Shown: positions 28,151 to 42,263, counted from the first letter of the stretch. The stretch: 64,000 nt of DNA from Hormiphora californensis (GCA_020137815.1 CM035354.1:7936001-8000000); one strand, 5' to 3'. Numbers and translations: made by a program. The notes: generated from the letters alone by a model not told the origin.

Positions 28151-29134
28151 TCATTCCAGAACAGTTTCCATAACCGTCACCACACCACCCTCATTGGTAT
28201 TGTCCGATATTTTCACAGAGGCCAGCATCTTCCGTACTTCCGACTGAGTCCCTTTATCCACAACCAGAAGGGCAACTGCAGTGTAGCTTGCCTGGAAACA
28301 CTGGAATAGACAATACTGCGTTACTGTAAAATATGAGCCCAAGGACACAAATAGGCTAATGATGCCCAGGATAACTTGTACTATCTGCCCTCCAACCAGG
28401 ACTAACACCATCTTAACACCATTCCTCCGCTGTTCTCTGGTCTCTGCAGGTGTGTCGTCTGTCTTCCGCAACATCTTAATAGTCCGCCATGTGTGTTCCA
28501 GAGAGGAGATAAGGAGAGACATCATCAATAGATCAGCAACGATATACCAAGAAAAGGTTAATTCTTCTGAGAATACTTGATATACCAACTTATCAAACTT
28601 TGATGCTATAACAACAGCATCAGGGGCTGTAAAAGCAGTAACAGCGGCTGCAGCCAGGCATATAACTAGAGTTGTAATACCAAAACCAATAACTTTCCTC
28701 AGGATCTCTTTGTAAGGGACAGCATCAAACGGGTCCGCGATTGCTCGATACCGGGAGAACGCCATAAGATACAGCAGAGCAGTAGAGTAGAGATTCCCCG
28801 AATAGTACATAAAAGTGTAGACCTGATCAAATGCTGTTGCATTACGAAAATCTAAGTCCTGATTTGGGGTGTCTTTAACAATGGAATAGGTCCAGCTGGT
28901 AGAAATGAACACACCGAGGACAAGGTACACCCCACAAAGACAGGTTGTCAGTAGAGCCGGAATAGAGTTGGAGATCCGGGCAATCCGGGACTTGATTACA
29001 ATTGGGTTGAGGAGAATACCGGGCAGGGACAGGAGGACGACCAGAGTAAGGAAGAGGGGGTCCACATAGGATGGGAATGACCACCTGATATCCGTTGAGT
29101 TGGAGATGTAGTAGGTATCAACAAAAATCGCCAT
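28151..29134 (-). CDS. Divergent 7TM receptor, cluster copy 4
   Basis: Intact 327-aa ORF with its own distinct upstream sequence. Confidence 0.85.
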   Translation of the reverse strand: MAIFVDTYYISNSTDIRWSFPSYVDPLFLTLVVLLSLPGILLNPIVIKSRIARISNSIPALLTTCLCGVYLVLGVFISTSWTYSIVKDTPNQDLDFRNATAFDQVYTFMYYSGNLYSTALLYLMAFSRYRAIADPFDAVPYKEILRKVIGFGITTLVICLAAAAVTAFTAPDAVVIASKFDKLVYQVFSEELTFSWYIVADLLMMSLLISSLEHTWRTIKMLRKTDDTPAETREQRRNGVKMVLVLVGGQIVQVILGIISLFVSLGSYFTVTQYCLFQCFQASYTAVALLVVDKGTQSEVRKMLASVKISDNTNEGGVVTVMETVLE

Positions 29135-31403
29135 GTTGTGGATCTAAAAACAATAATACTGATACATTTTGACACCGTACACAACTCGATTCATTTACTA
29201 TCCCTACCTCGATTCCCTATCACCCCCCCCCCCCCCCCGGTAGACCCTAAAAAAGAACTCAAGGCACACAAAGTGAATTACTCAAGTAGGGGGGCGGATC
29301 GGAGCTAAACATTTAAGAGCACTTCCAGGTGTTTAAAAAAAGAGATAATGCAGTGACAATAGCGGTCAGTTGAAGCTTTGGAGCCCAGGTGTTATGTAAA
29401 GGGGTAAGAAAAACGCTAGGAGGAGTAATTTAGAGGGAATTAAATACGGCTGTATTTTTCTAGTTATAATACACCTGATCGGATCTCTCGCTCTATCTAT
29501 CTCCCTATTTCTATCATTCTTCCCCTCTATCTTTCTCGCCCTATCTCTCTGTCTCCGTCTCCGTCTCCGTCTCCGTCTCCGTCTCCGTCTCCGTCTCTGT
29601 CTCTGTCTCTATCTCTGTCTCTGTCTCTCTGCCTCTCTGTCTCTCTGTCTCTCTGTCTCTCTCTCTTTCTCTTCATTTCTATCTCAACTTCTCGATGTCG
29701 TTACATGGGCATGATCTCAGCAACACGTATGTCGTATTCGAACTGACCTGTTGAAAATGCGTGGGCGTCTCTTGGCCGGTATTGCAGACACACCAGGCTT
29801 ACAAAGAGGTGTACATGCAAGTATACCATCACGTCCACCAGGATATTGTATAACACCTGAATAATATATTAATAATATACAATTGAAAATTTTTCGGTGA
29901 AATTTGGAAATATGGTTAAAAGCTGTGGTGAATTATAGTACTTGTTAGGTCCCCCTGCCTTATCTTATACCCCCTAAAGTGGGGCTATGGTTGGATACTG
30001 GATACACTTGTAACCAGCTGTTGCCAAGTTAGACTGTTATTTTATAAAATAAAAGAGTTTGTACAAAACAAACCAGCTGTATATTTCTTGAATAAACTTA
30101 TCAGGCTAAGTAGTCCAGGATGAATTATGCCTTGTTGAGAAGGAAACTCAATAACCGCATCATGTGCTATATAACTGTTGAGTACTTAACAACTAGATAA
30201 AGTATGAGATTAAAGGACCTCCTTCGTGGATTTTTAGTTGGTTTCCTAGTGCAGTAGCACCCCCCCCCTATGAGGCAGCTGGACTATAACACGGTCGCTT
30301 GTAGTGGGAAAACGGTAATGGAAAACTGAGATACAGTAAGACGACGCACAACCGTGGCCAATCAGGGCGCTAGTACGTGCTGAACAAATGCACTTTTTGC
30401 CGCACGTTATGCAACGTGCGCGTCTCCTTACTGTATTTCTATTACGGTAATACGACTACAAGCAGCACTGTAATGGTAGGATCTATATGCTGCTGACATT
30501 CAAGACACGTACGTCATGCTACCAGCTCCTAATGAGGCAGCTGCTCTTTATGTCGCTGGTGTGTGCTAATGTGAACTAATGCACCCATGATATTTGTTGA
30601 GTAATCTGCTCCCCTAACTCAGCAACCTTGGAGGAACTCTCTCAATCACCAAACTGCCCAGGTTCACCAACTTGTTATAATAGTTTCACAATCATTTACT
30701 GATCACTGTTCACACACTTTTCAATTTGGGTTCGACTTCCCCTCTTTTATTTTATTTCCATACTTCGTGGTTGGTGGTGCCCTCACCTCTCTACAACTCA
30801 GCCCGTTTCGCGGAATTCGTTTTACCGTGGGAGTTTTAAGGCTAGGGTTACTGCGTCACCAAAATTCGTGGGGGGTTGAATCCCGGTTGAATTTCTTCTA
30901 ACGCCTAACCTCTTAATCTTTTTTGGCATTTGTACCGCAAATCTAGAAGGTTTATAAGTGTGAGACTTACACGGTCGCTTGTAGTGGGAAAACGGTAATG
31001 GAAAACGAAGATACAGTAAGACGACGTGCAACCGTGACCAATCAGGGCGCTAGTACGTGCTGACACATGAACTTTTTGCCGCGCGTTATGCACCGTGCGT
31101 GTCTCATTACTGTATTTCCATTACGTTAATACGACTACAAGCAGCACTGTAAGAAGAACTATAACCTTACCCCCCCCCCCTCATTGTAAGCTATCTCTAG
31201 CTAACTAATATGAAATATCTGTTATGTTAGATATAGCTAACCATTTATACACACGCCTAATTCTAACGAGCACACCTGCCAAGTCTTAATATTGATCAGC
31301 CTGCTTGACACAGGCATTTATCAAGTAACGGATCCTGGCATATTATTTAGATTGATCAATTTGACCAAAAGCGAATTTGATATTGAAACCTCCATGGATG
31401 TAC

Positions 31404-32241
31404 TGTGTGCTATTTTTCCCAACTCATAAATCAAATCCAAATTTCACATAGGTTACCCCTAGAATGAGTTCCTACGATCATTCTAAAACATTTGGTAAAA
31501 AAATTTTAGTCCTACCCTGGCCCAATTACGTGGGCCGATGTATGCCCATATATGGGCATATTCATATCAAAAAATGTTTTTTTGGGGTGTTATTTCGAAA
31601 AAACCACACATATGAATCGCCTCATGAGACTCAGTACAACCATTTTTTCCAGTCTGCACCTTCAGAACTCCATTTTATAATCAAAATTTTTTTTGTTTCA
31701 TCTTTTTTTCTTGCACATTTTCCTACTTTGCAGTATTAGTGGAGACGAATTTTAACTTTTTAAGATTTTATTTGTCAGAATGCAAATTCCGGTTGTAACC
31801 GACTAATTTTGATCTGCTGAACACGATCCCGTTCATGAAAAAGCTCTCAAAATAGAAGAAAATGACCAAAATGAACATTTTTAGTCAAAAATGAACATTT
31901 TTGGTCCAAAATGAACATTTTTGGTCCAAAATGAACATTTTCAGGTCAAAAATGAACTTTGGCTAACTTTCATGATACACATCCATTCTGATCGGTATCA
32001 AACCGCTGAACACGACCCTGTCTATAAAAAGCTGATATAAAGAACATGCCAAACACTGGTGTAAACACACATATTTACCTTTTTTCGGTAAAAAAGTAAA
32101 CTTTTTTAATCGCCTGGCCCACGTAATTGACATACACTACCCCAATTCCGTTTTCAGGATTTAGTAGACAATTGTCCATAGTTTCATATCTACCCTTAAC
32201 TTATTGGCCAAGTCGACAAAATTTTCACTTAGCACACCCTA
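31404..32241. mobile_element. hAT (TAGGG-type) MITE with a damaged left end
   Basis: Diverged inverted copy of 33078-33909. Right TIR TAGCACACCCTA; partial TSD ATGTAC. Confidence 0.7.
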
Positions 32242-33077
32242 ATGTACAACCACCTAGTCTAGACTGCATGAGATAAGACCATCCAGTCTTGTCTAGTCAA
32301 GTTGCTAGTCAAATAGTCAAATATGTGCCCATGCATGATATATAAGGTAGACTTCAACTTGTCATATATATTCGTAGATCCTAGGTTACTGAATACCTAC
32401 TCAACTCTAACCTCAATGTTGCGCAATGTGGCGGCGTGGTGTGCAATTTAGTGCTACTAAAACACAAGGATTTGCTCTATACTGTTTGTCTGATATATAA
32501 ATGATTTTGTGTCCCGCATGCTGCTACAGCGAATCTAGTCATGGTTTCCTTTCTTAATAGATTCACACGGCAGGGAAATTCAGTGTTATGTTAGAACACA
32601 ATGCAATAAATATTGTTTTCCATTAGGCTTTGCATTATAATGCTGCATTATCACGATATGCAATAGACCGCGAGAAACATCGAGAATAAATGCACTATGT
32701 CACATTTCCCTGCCTCCGAGAATTAGAAAATACTAAATTGGTCATGTGACCACTTGAGGTATTAACCGGCAAAATACCGCGAGAGAATCGTGGAGAACAA
32801 TCCATGGATGCCACAACTCTTTGTGGTTTAACTATTATACCAATCATACACGCAGCGGGCATCGTAAGATACCACACGAAGCGATACAATCATGTTGATA
32901 CAATCACCATCTTATTGTGCAGTTATACATATAGCTGCCTTCTCCTTGCAATTTGCATTGCATATATCCAGAGTAAGTGAGTATAAACAACATGTCTCTC
33001 CAGCTCAGTCCACCCACTCAATATGGTGATATTGTTTGATGAATGATAAAGTAATCAAGGGACAGGGGGCCGTGCAT

Positions 33078-33909
33078 TAGGGTGTGCTATTTCAAATTTT
33101 TTTCGACTAGGCCATTCAGTATCTAGCTAATGTGAAACTATGGACCATTCTCTATCACATCAGCAAAACAGAATCGAGATAGTGTTTGTCAGTTACGTTG
33201 GCATCGCGATTTAAAAAGTGTAGTTTTTAACCGAAAAATGGTAAAAACAGGGAAATATGTGTGGTTTTCACCAGTTTTTGACATGTTCTTGATATCAACT
33301 TTTTATGTTCAGGATCGTGTTCAGCACCTCGAAACTGACAAGAATTGATATGCATCATTAAATGATGCTAAAGTTCATTTTTGACCTAAAAATGTTCATT
33401 TTTGACAAAAAATATTCATTTTTGACAAAAAATATTCATTTTGGACATGTTCTTAGATTTTGAGAGCTTTTTCATGAACGGGATCGTGTTCCGCAGGCCA
33501 AAATTAGTCGATTACAACCGAAATTTGCTTTCCACCAAGAAAAAACTAAAAAAAATTAAAATTCGTCCCCACGATTCTGCAAGTTGGTAAAATTAGCAAG
33601 AAAAAAAGGGAGAAAAATTTTTATTTTTGTTCATAAAGTGGATATCTGAAGACTCAAACTGAAAGTTACAGTTGTATAAGTTGTCACGAGACGATTTATG
33701 TTTGTGTTTTGTTCGAAATCACGCCCTAAAACAGACTTTTTGAAATGAATATGCCCATATATGGGCATAGCTCGTGCCAACGTAATTGGGCCATGGTAGA
33801 GCCAAAACTTTGTGATAAAATGTTTTAGAATGATCGTAGGAGCTCATTTAACCCGATACCAAGTGAAATTTTGAATTAAATTAACCATTTGAAAAAATAG
33901 CACACCCTA
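33078..33909. mobile_element. hAT (TAGGG-type) MITE
   Basis: TIRs TAGGGTGTGCTATTT / AAATAGCACACCCTA. 8-bp TSD CCGTGCAT. Confidence 0.9.
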
Positions 33910-35963
33910 CCGTGCATTCATAGAGGTCACGCGGCGTTGTATTTGCTCGTGACAATTTGAGAGTGAGAGAGAGAGAGAAAGAAACCTAACCGTTGGAGCT
34001 TCATTTATTTTAGAAAACAATAATGACTCTGTTTGATACACTCTAATATGCATGGTTCAGCCTGGCTCTAAAGGGTTGGGGAGGGTAGCTGCACGCTACA
34101 GCTGTAATTAAACTCGCTAGATGAACCTGAATTGTCTCAAATGGAGGTCTACTATTCGTTCCCCTTTGTTCTATCCCAGCTCCTTCTAGATCTAACTTTA
34201 ATTGTACCTCCCTAAACTGTTTGAATTGCCTAATTTGAACTTTCCTAGGTTTCTTGGCTTCAAAATCTATATCTGTATAATACGCGAAGGAGGTTTGAAG
34301 GAGATCTATCTATGTAGGTTACATATCATCAACACGACAACACACACACCATCGCGTTGTTCTGAAATCGGGGCTAATTGCAGCTTGTATTCTATCTCCT
34401 TCACTATTATAGTATATAGTATGCTAGATATATTCATAATGGGCGATTGCTCTCCTCTCGCTGAGTATTATAACACCGAACCATTCTACAGAAGTCAGAA
34501 CTAATGTTTATTGTGCACCAATTTATTGTGTCTCTTATCGTATATGAATTGGGTGCGTGACGCGTGTATTAGTGGTTCAAACATGAAAGTTTTCAGTTTC
34601 ACTGCTGAATGATAAGAGTAGTGTAGTGATAAGATTAGTGCAGTGGTCGTACTTAAATATAGTGAATGGGATAAGTTGTCAATTTGTCAAGATCAGCCAC
34701 TCTCATTTTAAGGATAGAATAATATTCAATATAGAAAGATGGAATGTAGATAGAACACTTGAATGTATTTCCTATAGTGTGCACACAGTCAATGTATGAT
34801 ATGATCTTCGTGTCTTTGCAGTGAACAATATAGGCTGGGAATTATTTGCACTATTTATCCATAGTTCCGTGTCTTCAGGGGTTCATGTGTAGTCTAACCG
34901 ATCCTAATTGCCTAATCATGAGAATATATTGGAGAAGCTGAGGAAACATTGTGAGGAGGTGATCCGATGCGGAGGCGATTACCCTACCACCATTCATTAA
35001 CTTTTTTATGTTCATTATATTTAATCAGATCCGTGTTTTATTTTCAAGTGTCAATCATTATGAATCACTCTAATATATGCGCACAGTGGATTGAAACTTC
35101 CGTTGTGTAAATGACTACATCATATTTCATAAAATTAGCTACTTGGTTTGATGAAGGATCAGCAGTTGCTACACCGCTGACGTGACATTACCCAATTGTT
35201 GAACAACGATCGAGTTACTATTTCAAATCCGAGATTTCTAAACCCTGTATGATAATTTTAGCAGACGTGCTAAAACGTTGTTATGTTGTAATCCTTCTTT
35301 ACATTTGCGGGCGGGACACGCGAAATTGAGTCTAGCTAGGTAACTAAAACGATCATTCGGGTGATTGGCGATTGCCTACGGCAGGGAAAATAGCTGCTAA
35401 ATGACATCACAAAGAGATGATCATACCTTCATGCAGCCCTGATGGTGATTGCAGTGGGGGATGTCTACATTGTGACACCAATATCTTTATGAAGTGGTAT
35501 AATAATCCCACGGGGATCTCGTCCCCTACGCAGGAATTAGGTGATCACTTTGACTATCATTATGTCAGGATGTCATGGTCCTGTCACACACCCCTCACGA
35601 GAGGGACCCACTTTCCACTTTTAAGGTGTGTTCTTTTTGGACGAGCTATCATCTCTAGCAGTCGTTTATATAATAGCTCTATCGATTTCTTATTGATCTC
35701 TTTGTGTTGACTTCACTCCGGTTGGCATCCTATTAACCTGTCTTTATATCTCTCTTTCTTCTTTCAGCTGTGTTCCATTTTATTCGCTCCTTTCTTTTCT
35801 ACCTCTAGTCTGCCAACTTGAATCTGACCACCCCGGTTCTAACTTCATACTCTCTCTCTCTCTCTACTCTCTCTCTTTCTCTCCCAATCTGTCCTCTATC
35901 ACTCTGGATATATCTGCACCGGGTGCTCCTCTAGGGTAGGGGAACACCTGCTGAGTGACAGAG

Positions 35964-36030
<67 letters not shown>

Positions 36031-36051
36031 AGAGCGAGAGAGAAAGAGCGA

Positions 36052-36084
<33 letters not shown>

Positions 36085-36922
36085 GAGATTAGATAGACGA
36101 GCTCAGAGTATAAGCAGCTACCATCGCTAGCTATGCGCGCTCTAGATCATAGCGCCGACGATCGAGAGAGATTAATGTCCCCCGGTATCCATCCCAACCC
36201 CTTGTTGATATGTGCGTGTACAAATGGTGTGCTGACCGATCGCTTCAGAAGTATATGTTGCAATATTATAATAGGATCTATACCCGATCTATCCCCGATC
36301 TATCCCAACACCAATGAATATATTGATTGCCAGGGGGGCTCAGGGCCACTTGTCTTTAGTATTTTAATTAGAACTCGTGCGCCACGCCTCCCCAAAATTA
36401 CCCTGAGAGCACTGCTGCACCAGCCGGGGGGGGGGGGGGGGGGGCACTACCTCTAGCGAGTTCAGTAGTCCAAAGAACCAATTAATTAGTTTGGGAGATG
36501 GTTCCACGGCGGGGTGTGTAGTAAGGGCCGGCACAATTTGTTAGAGTACTGGGATATGAAATTCTGCCTGCACTCTCTTATTTACCCTAAATACAGTCAC
36601 AGAGGTGAACTATTTTCGTATCTTATTGCCACTCTTGTTGTATACTGAATTAAAGCTGTATTTCTCTCTGAATAGAGAAGCCTTTCTAGTCTCCAAAATC
36701 TCAATATCAGTTACATTTTTATCGAACAATTTTAATATTTACTACTGCACAGGTTTCACTTATGATGAATTACTTTTCTGCCTCCTTCGCATTAGCGACA
36801 TGTCTCTCGCCAATCATCAAATAAGGGATCGCCTAATGATATTAAATATTACGCATCAACCTAGTGTGCAGCAAGGGTAATATTAGCTAGTATATAGGGT
36901 TTAGCGCTGTTTATTGTGATTA

Positions 36923-37163
36923 ACTTTCTTTTCTTGACGTGTTACACAAGAAAAGATTGATAGCTGGGGTTCTATTACTTTTGTACCTCTTTTGACTTTT
37001 CGGGAGACAATTAATATTCGATGATTGGCGAGAGACATGTCACTAATGTCACTAATGTCACTAATGTCACTTTCTTTTCTTGACGTGTTACACAAGAAAA
37101 GATTGATAGCTGGGGTTCTATTACTTTTGTATCTCTTTTGACTTTTGCGGGAGACAATTAATA
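36923..37163. repeat. ~95-bp direct duplication separated by a (ATGTCACTA)n run
   Basis: ACTTTCTTTTCTTGACGTG...GACAATTAATAT occurs twice. Confidence 0.8.
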
Positions 37164-37305
37164 TGATCTCTATCATATTGCAGAAGCTATATAATCTGTA
37201 CTAACTAGGGGGAACTTAACTGGTTTCTTTGAGTGATATAAATATCGCTCAAAGAAATCAGTTAATTATACTTCCCGAACTTTACGACGCTGTGTTAAGC
37301 CCCTC

Positions 37306-37388
37306 CCCCCTGATCCTTCCACAGACCCCCTGATCCTTCCACAGACCCCCCTGATCCTTCCACAGACCCCTGATTCTTCCACAGACCG
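37306..37388. repeat. 20-21-bp minisatellite (CCCCTGATCCTTCCACAGA)
   Basis: Four tandem copies. Confidence 0.85.
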
Positions 37389-38042
37389 TCCCCTTCTCGA
37401 AGTTCTCCCGGATTTGATTGTATCTCACGAGATTGAATTGAAGCTGTAATACCACCTATAAGTTGTAAGATGCGTGAGATTGAAGCGTTGTGCAGTACCG
37501 GCCCCAATCCCCATCATACCCATAACAACTCAACTCATATACTATGATCGCAAAAGGCAAGCTTCCCCTGTCCGACCTGAAGTTTGGGTGCACTATATAA
37601 ACCATTGAAAGAATGTACCAAGTTTTATCATTTATTTAAAGACGCTTGATCAGGATCCTGTTCCATCGATGGAACAGGGTTGCAAAACCTAACAACTTTT
37701 CCAGAGTGTTAAAACTCTCACCTGCGTCACGTCTGAGGAGGTTTTGAAATGGACTATATCATTAAATTATAAGATCTAGGGATTTTATCTGCCAGTCACT
37801 ATGTGCATTACTTTATATTATTAGCCTTACTTATATAATATCCTTGCTATAGCATGCTACGGTCATTCCCACCTTTATTCTCTTTCTTGGGCTGCACGGC
37901 CGGGATACTTACCAGCTCAGTATTAACTTCATTTAGAATATAATAATGGAGGAGTTTAGCCTCTATAGAGAATGATATAGTTGGTCATGTCATGTGGGTC
38001 ACTGGGTGACCTATAGCTTTATTACTATCAATATACTCACTT

Positions 38043-38805
38043 ATAACGGGTGACAACTAAAAATTGTCCCTAATTTAAAACGGCTGTAGAATTTTTCCCT
38101 TTTGAGATACAGCTTCGGGCCAGCGATAGAACGATTTTTCAGACAATTTTAAATCGGAGTAACATAACGGCGAAGACTAAAAAGTTCATTTTCATTGCGA
38201 TATCGCATCATTTCCTCTTGCCCCACCATAGCATGAAGTACGTGAAATCTACACAATCTTCTAGCACCTCTAGCACCTGTTCTGTTTGAGATACAGCTTC
38301 GGGATGGCGATAGAATGATTTTTCAGACAATTTTGAACGAAATTAACTTTGTTTCAAACTCCGTTAATCTCAATTTCCTGATCAGAATCTTCTGTAACAA
38401 AGCGGTGTTTACAGGTAATTTGAGAAATCGCCATTTCGACAATCTCTTGAAACATTAATGACGCGGAAAACCAACTTCCTAATGAGTTGAAATTTTCAAA
38501 CTTGGCAGTTATGTTGGTTATGGCATGAACGACTAGACTTCCAATTTTGAGAATTCTATCTCATCGGGAAGGTCGTTTCTGATAACATAGAAATTTCAAA
38601 TCTCCGTACTACATGCTTTGGAGGGACAAGAGGAAATGATGCGATATCGCAATGAAAATGAAATTTTTAGACTTTGCCGGTATGTTATTCCGATTCAAAA
38701 TTGTCTGAAAAATCGTTCTATCACTAGCCCGAAGCTGTATCTCAAAAGAAAAAATTTATACAGTCGTTTTGAATTAGGGACAATTTTTAGTTGTCACCCG
38801 TTATA
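38043..38805. mobile_element. Tc1/mariner-type MITE with long TIRs
   Basis: ATAACGGGTGACAACTAAAAATTGTCCCTAATT... and its reverse complement; about 200-bp imperfect arms; TA flanks. Confidence 0.85.
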
Positions 38806-40861
38806 TCGCCCCCTTATTGAAGGAACCTTTATCACTCCCTCTGTCACCTTCACATCCCACACACAGCTCAGTAACTTCACGATGAAACTTCTGACAGGGC
38901 AATATCGCTCATACCGCGGTACCCCTCGATACCATTGAGTCGGGGAAGTTTTATACCCCCAGCTAAATCGCAATATTATTTGTTGAGTAACCCTTACCCA
39001 ACAAAACATAGTGACATGCTGTCATGCTGCTATTTGTGGTATAATGGGGGGATTTCAGGGGTGGTTTCATCACTAACTCTCGAGTCTCGAGTCTCTACTA
39101 GGAATCGTCGTACCACGCACAGTTTTGATAGTGTGACGTTGCGTTAGAAGCAGGCGCTATGTTTACGGCCTGTTATACTGGGAGCGTATTTCTAAATCAC
39201 ACAGAAACTTCTTGTTCTGTTCAAACCCGGGGCGCGGGGAGGGAGGGTCGAACAAGGCAAGAAACTATATTACGACTAGAAATCACCAGTTTTAAGTTGT
39301 TATATCATTTGATAAAGTTTATTAGAATAACACTAATCCTAATTAAACTGTATCCTCTCCCCTAGCTGATCCCCACACTACAGTTCTCCAACTACAATTT
39401 CAAACATATTTATTCGGTTCTAATGAGCTCTTTATATACTTCCCCGATGTTGGGGAAACTATAATGTCAATTTGACACTTCCTTTAACCAATATCTATAT
39501 TTCTCTCTCTCTCCCTCTCTGTCAGCTCGGTTCTACTTCTAGTCCGACCAGCTTACCTCTATATGAAATATATCGATGTCCCTGAGCTTATTAGGAGACA
39601 GATTGTGCTTTCCCGATCGACACCACCACCACAGAATATTTCGTTCTTTCATTACTGTGATTGCGGGTAAAAGAGAATTGCCTTTCCTTGCCCGAAGAAA
39701 CTATATTGCTTTAGCCATTTACTGAATACCACGTGAACCTCATGGCTTCTGTGTACTAACATAAGTGAAACTTTCACTTGCATATTCACATTATATTGGA
39801 TCAGTCCTGGCCCTGAGTATTTGGGGAGACTTCACGCCGTTATAGAGGTCTGTTAAAACAAGGAATGAGATGTGCCTTTTAGAATACTAGACTCATTGTA
39901 GTAAAAAGTTTCTAATAATGTAATGTATCACCTTCCCTCTTCAATTCAATGACCCTCAATTCCAAAACGTCTTCAAAGCACGCCTCATTGGTGGCTTCAA
40001 GAACCTTCTTCTTCTCCCCTCTAACGTCATAACCACTCCCCAACATATGTTATGAGTTTGTCAAGATATATTCATTTGCCATACTCAAGTTTATTGAAAT
40101 AACTACTGCGCCTTACGTCATAGATAGGTTTATTTGTCAAGCTAGACTGCAATTTTTATAAAATAAAATAAAAAGGGTTTGCACAAAACGAAGGTTTATA
40201 GCCACTATAATCGAAGCAGAATTTCATGCTGAGGAAGATGCTTGTATTTATTTTGTTCTAGGGTACGTTTCTGAAACCCATAAAAGCCAAAAAACCTAAA
40301 AAATTCTAAATTTAGGATTTAAAGTTCATGTGTTGCCACGCTTGATATGAGTCTCATCTTCAATAGTTGATAGAAGTTTATGGACAACTGAGACAATTAT
40401 TTTATTCCAGGAAATAAATCACACGACGGTTTCGTCGAACATCGACATCATCAGGCTGCTAAAAATAAGGTCACATTAATTAATGTCTAATATCTAAAAT
40501 ACACGAAATAGGAACTATACAATATATACATCACACGCAAACTAGGAATCAGAAAATCAGATACTGTATCAGATAATAAATTGTTCGATCTTTTCTCCCT
40601 CTTCTCGTTTGTTAATGCTAGGTTTAAGAGATTTGATTAGGATCGCCTCCGTGACTTTTCGTCTGACTGGCTGGTCCAAGCCAGTTGCCAATATGTCAAA
40701 CTCTAAATCAGGGGGTTCTCCATTGTGTTGTGATTGGTAGTGTGCTGCAAGTGCTTCGTTAGGGTAGATATTGGGCGATTTCGCTGCCAATCTGTGCTCC
40801 TTGAAACGCTCACGGCACGGTCTAGCCGTCTCACCCACATATATTTCATTACATAATTTAT

Positions 40862-41491
40862 ATGGTTGATAAGCTGTTGATGAATAACGGGTACCCGGAT
40901 CCTAGACAAATTTCCGAGCGCCGCCTTATGTCGATTTCCACATCTCGTGAGCACTCCACGATACTTAAACTTCCCTATATTAGTGAATCATTTTCTGAGT
41001 TTGTAATTTCATTCATACGGTCACACACTCTTCCCATCCGAGTTGTGTTTACACCAGGTACCAAGTTGAGAAACCTGTTTTGCAAATCGAGACCGCACGA
41101 CAGAACACACTGTCATATTACTAACTGTCTTGTATGCCCCCTCATGACCCATCCCACTTTGGATTGTACTGTCAAGGGAGTGGTATACAAGATAGTGTGT
41201 AAATTATGTAATGAAATATATGTGGGTGAGACGGCTAGACCGTGCCGTGAGCGTTTCAAGGAGCACAGATTGGCAGCGAAATCGCCCAATATCTACCCTA
41301 ACGAAGCACTTGCAGCACACTACCAATCACAACACAATGGAGAACCCCCTGATTTAGAGTTTGACATATTGGCAACTGGCTTGGACCAGCCAGTCAGACG
41401 AAAAGTCACGGAGGCGATCCTAATCAAATCTCTTAAACCTAGCATTAACAAACGAGAAGAGGGAGAAAAGATCGAACAATTTATTATCTGA
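40862..41491 (+). CDS. Penelope ORF C-terminus (linker plus GIY-YIG endonuclease), truncated
   Basis: LKLPYISE linker; GVVYKIVCKLCNEIYVGETARPCRERFKEH; HY..H; RRKVTEAILIKSLKPSIN. Confidence 0.85.
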   Translation: MVDKLLMNNGYPDPRQISERRLMSISTSREHSTILKLPYISESFSEFVISFIRSHTLPIRVVFTPGTKLRNLFCKSRPHDRTHCHITNCLVCPLMTHPTLDCTVKGVVYKIVCKLCNEIYVGETARPCRERFKEHRLAAKSPNIYPNEALAAHYQSQHNGEPPDLEFDILATGLDQPVRRKVTEAILIKSLKPSINKREEGEKIEQFII

Positions 41492-41600
41492 TACAGTATC
41501 TGATTTTCTGATTCCTAGTTTGCGTGTGATGTATATATTGTATAGTTCCTATTTCGTGTATTTTAGATATTAGACATTAATTAATGTGACCTTATTTTTA

Positions 41601-41640
41601 GCAGCCTGATGATGTCGATGTTCGACGAAACCGTCGTGTG
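41601..41640 (+). ncRNA. Minimal hammerhead-ribozyme-like motif in the pLTR (mirror copy at about 40420-40459, minus)
   Basis: CTGATGA-TGTCGA-TGT-TCGAC-GAAAC-CGTC. Stem I pairing is imperfect. Confidence 0.6.
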
Positions 41641-42263
41641 ATTTATTTCCTGGAATAAAATAATTGTCTCAGTTGTCCATAAACTTCTATCAACTAATTT
41701 AGGATTTGACCACTAAAAAAAGTGACTTCAAATTAGACACCAAAAGACCATTCTGGCCGAGTTTTATCAAAACTTGGGCTGTTCTCTCTCACTTTAAAGA
41801 ATTGAAATCAAGCTATATAGTTGAAAAAACGACATACATATAACACTGAAAATTTCATTTTGCCCACTTTTGCCCATGTGGGCTATGGGCAAAAAAAGGT
41901 GACGCCCCCTATATATCATAGGTATATATGTACTATATATAGACATCATATTTTGATATACTATTTGATCCTGAAATATTTTACTCTTTTGCCTCCATAC
42001 TGACGCGACACGAATTAGTTCAATGAATAATGCTCATAATTGAAGCAGTACAAAACACTGCATTTGTCACTGTGAACATCTAGAGAACTCACGCAGTTCC
42101 CTTCATTTCTAGCTATATTACTATGACTTCCAGTTAGGAAAGTATGGTAGTATAGTGTCCCCGCTGTTACTCAATGTGTTCTGTTTCGACAAGACTTCCA
42201 AGACTTCCATTATAGTGCACGTGTTCCTCCTGTTGCTCATTGCTCCCTTTTATCCTACTAGCT

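Larger units (their letters stand above)
40364..41696. mobile_element. Penelope-like retroelement, 5'-truncated, with an inverted pseudo-LTR
   Basis: 40364-40860 is the reverse complement of 41200-41696. Contains a GIY-YIG ORF and a hammerhead-like motif. Confidence 0.9.

Noticed and set aside
40569-40838. Second independent GIY-YIG gene
   Set aside because: It is the inverted pLTR duplicate of the Penelope ORF end.
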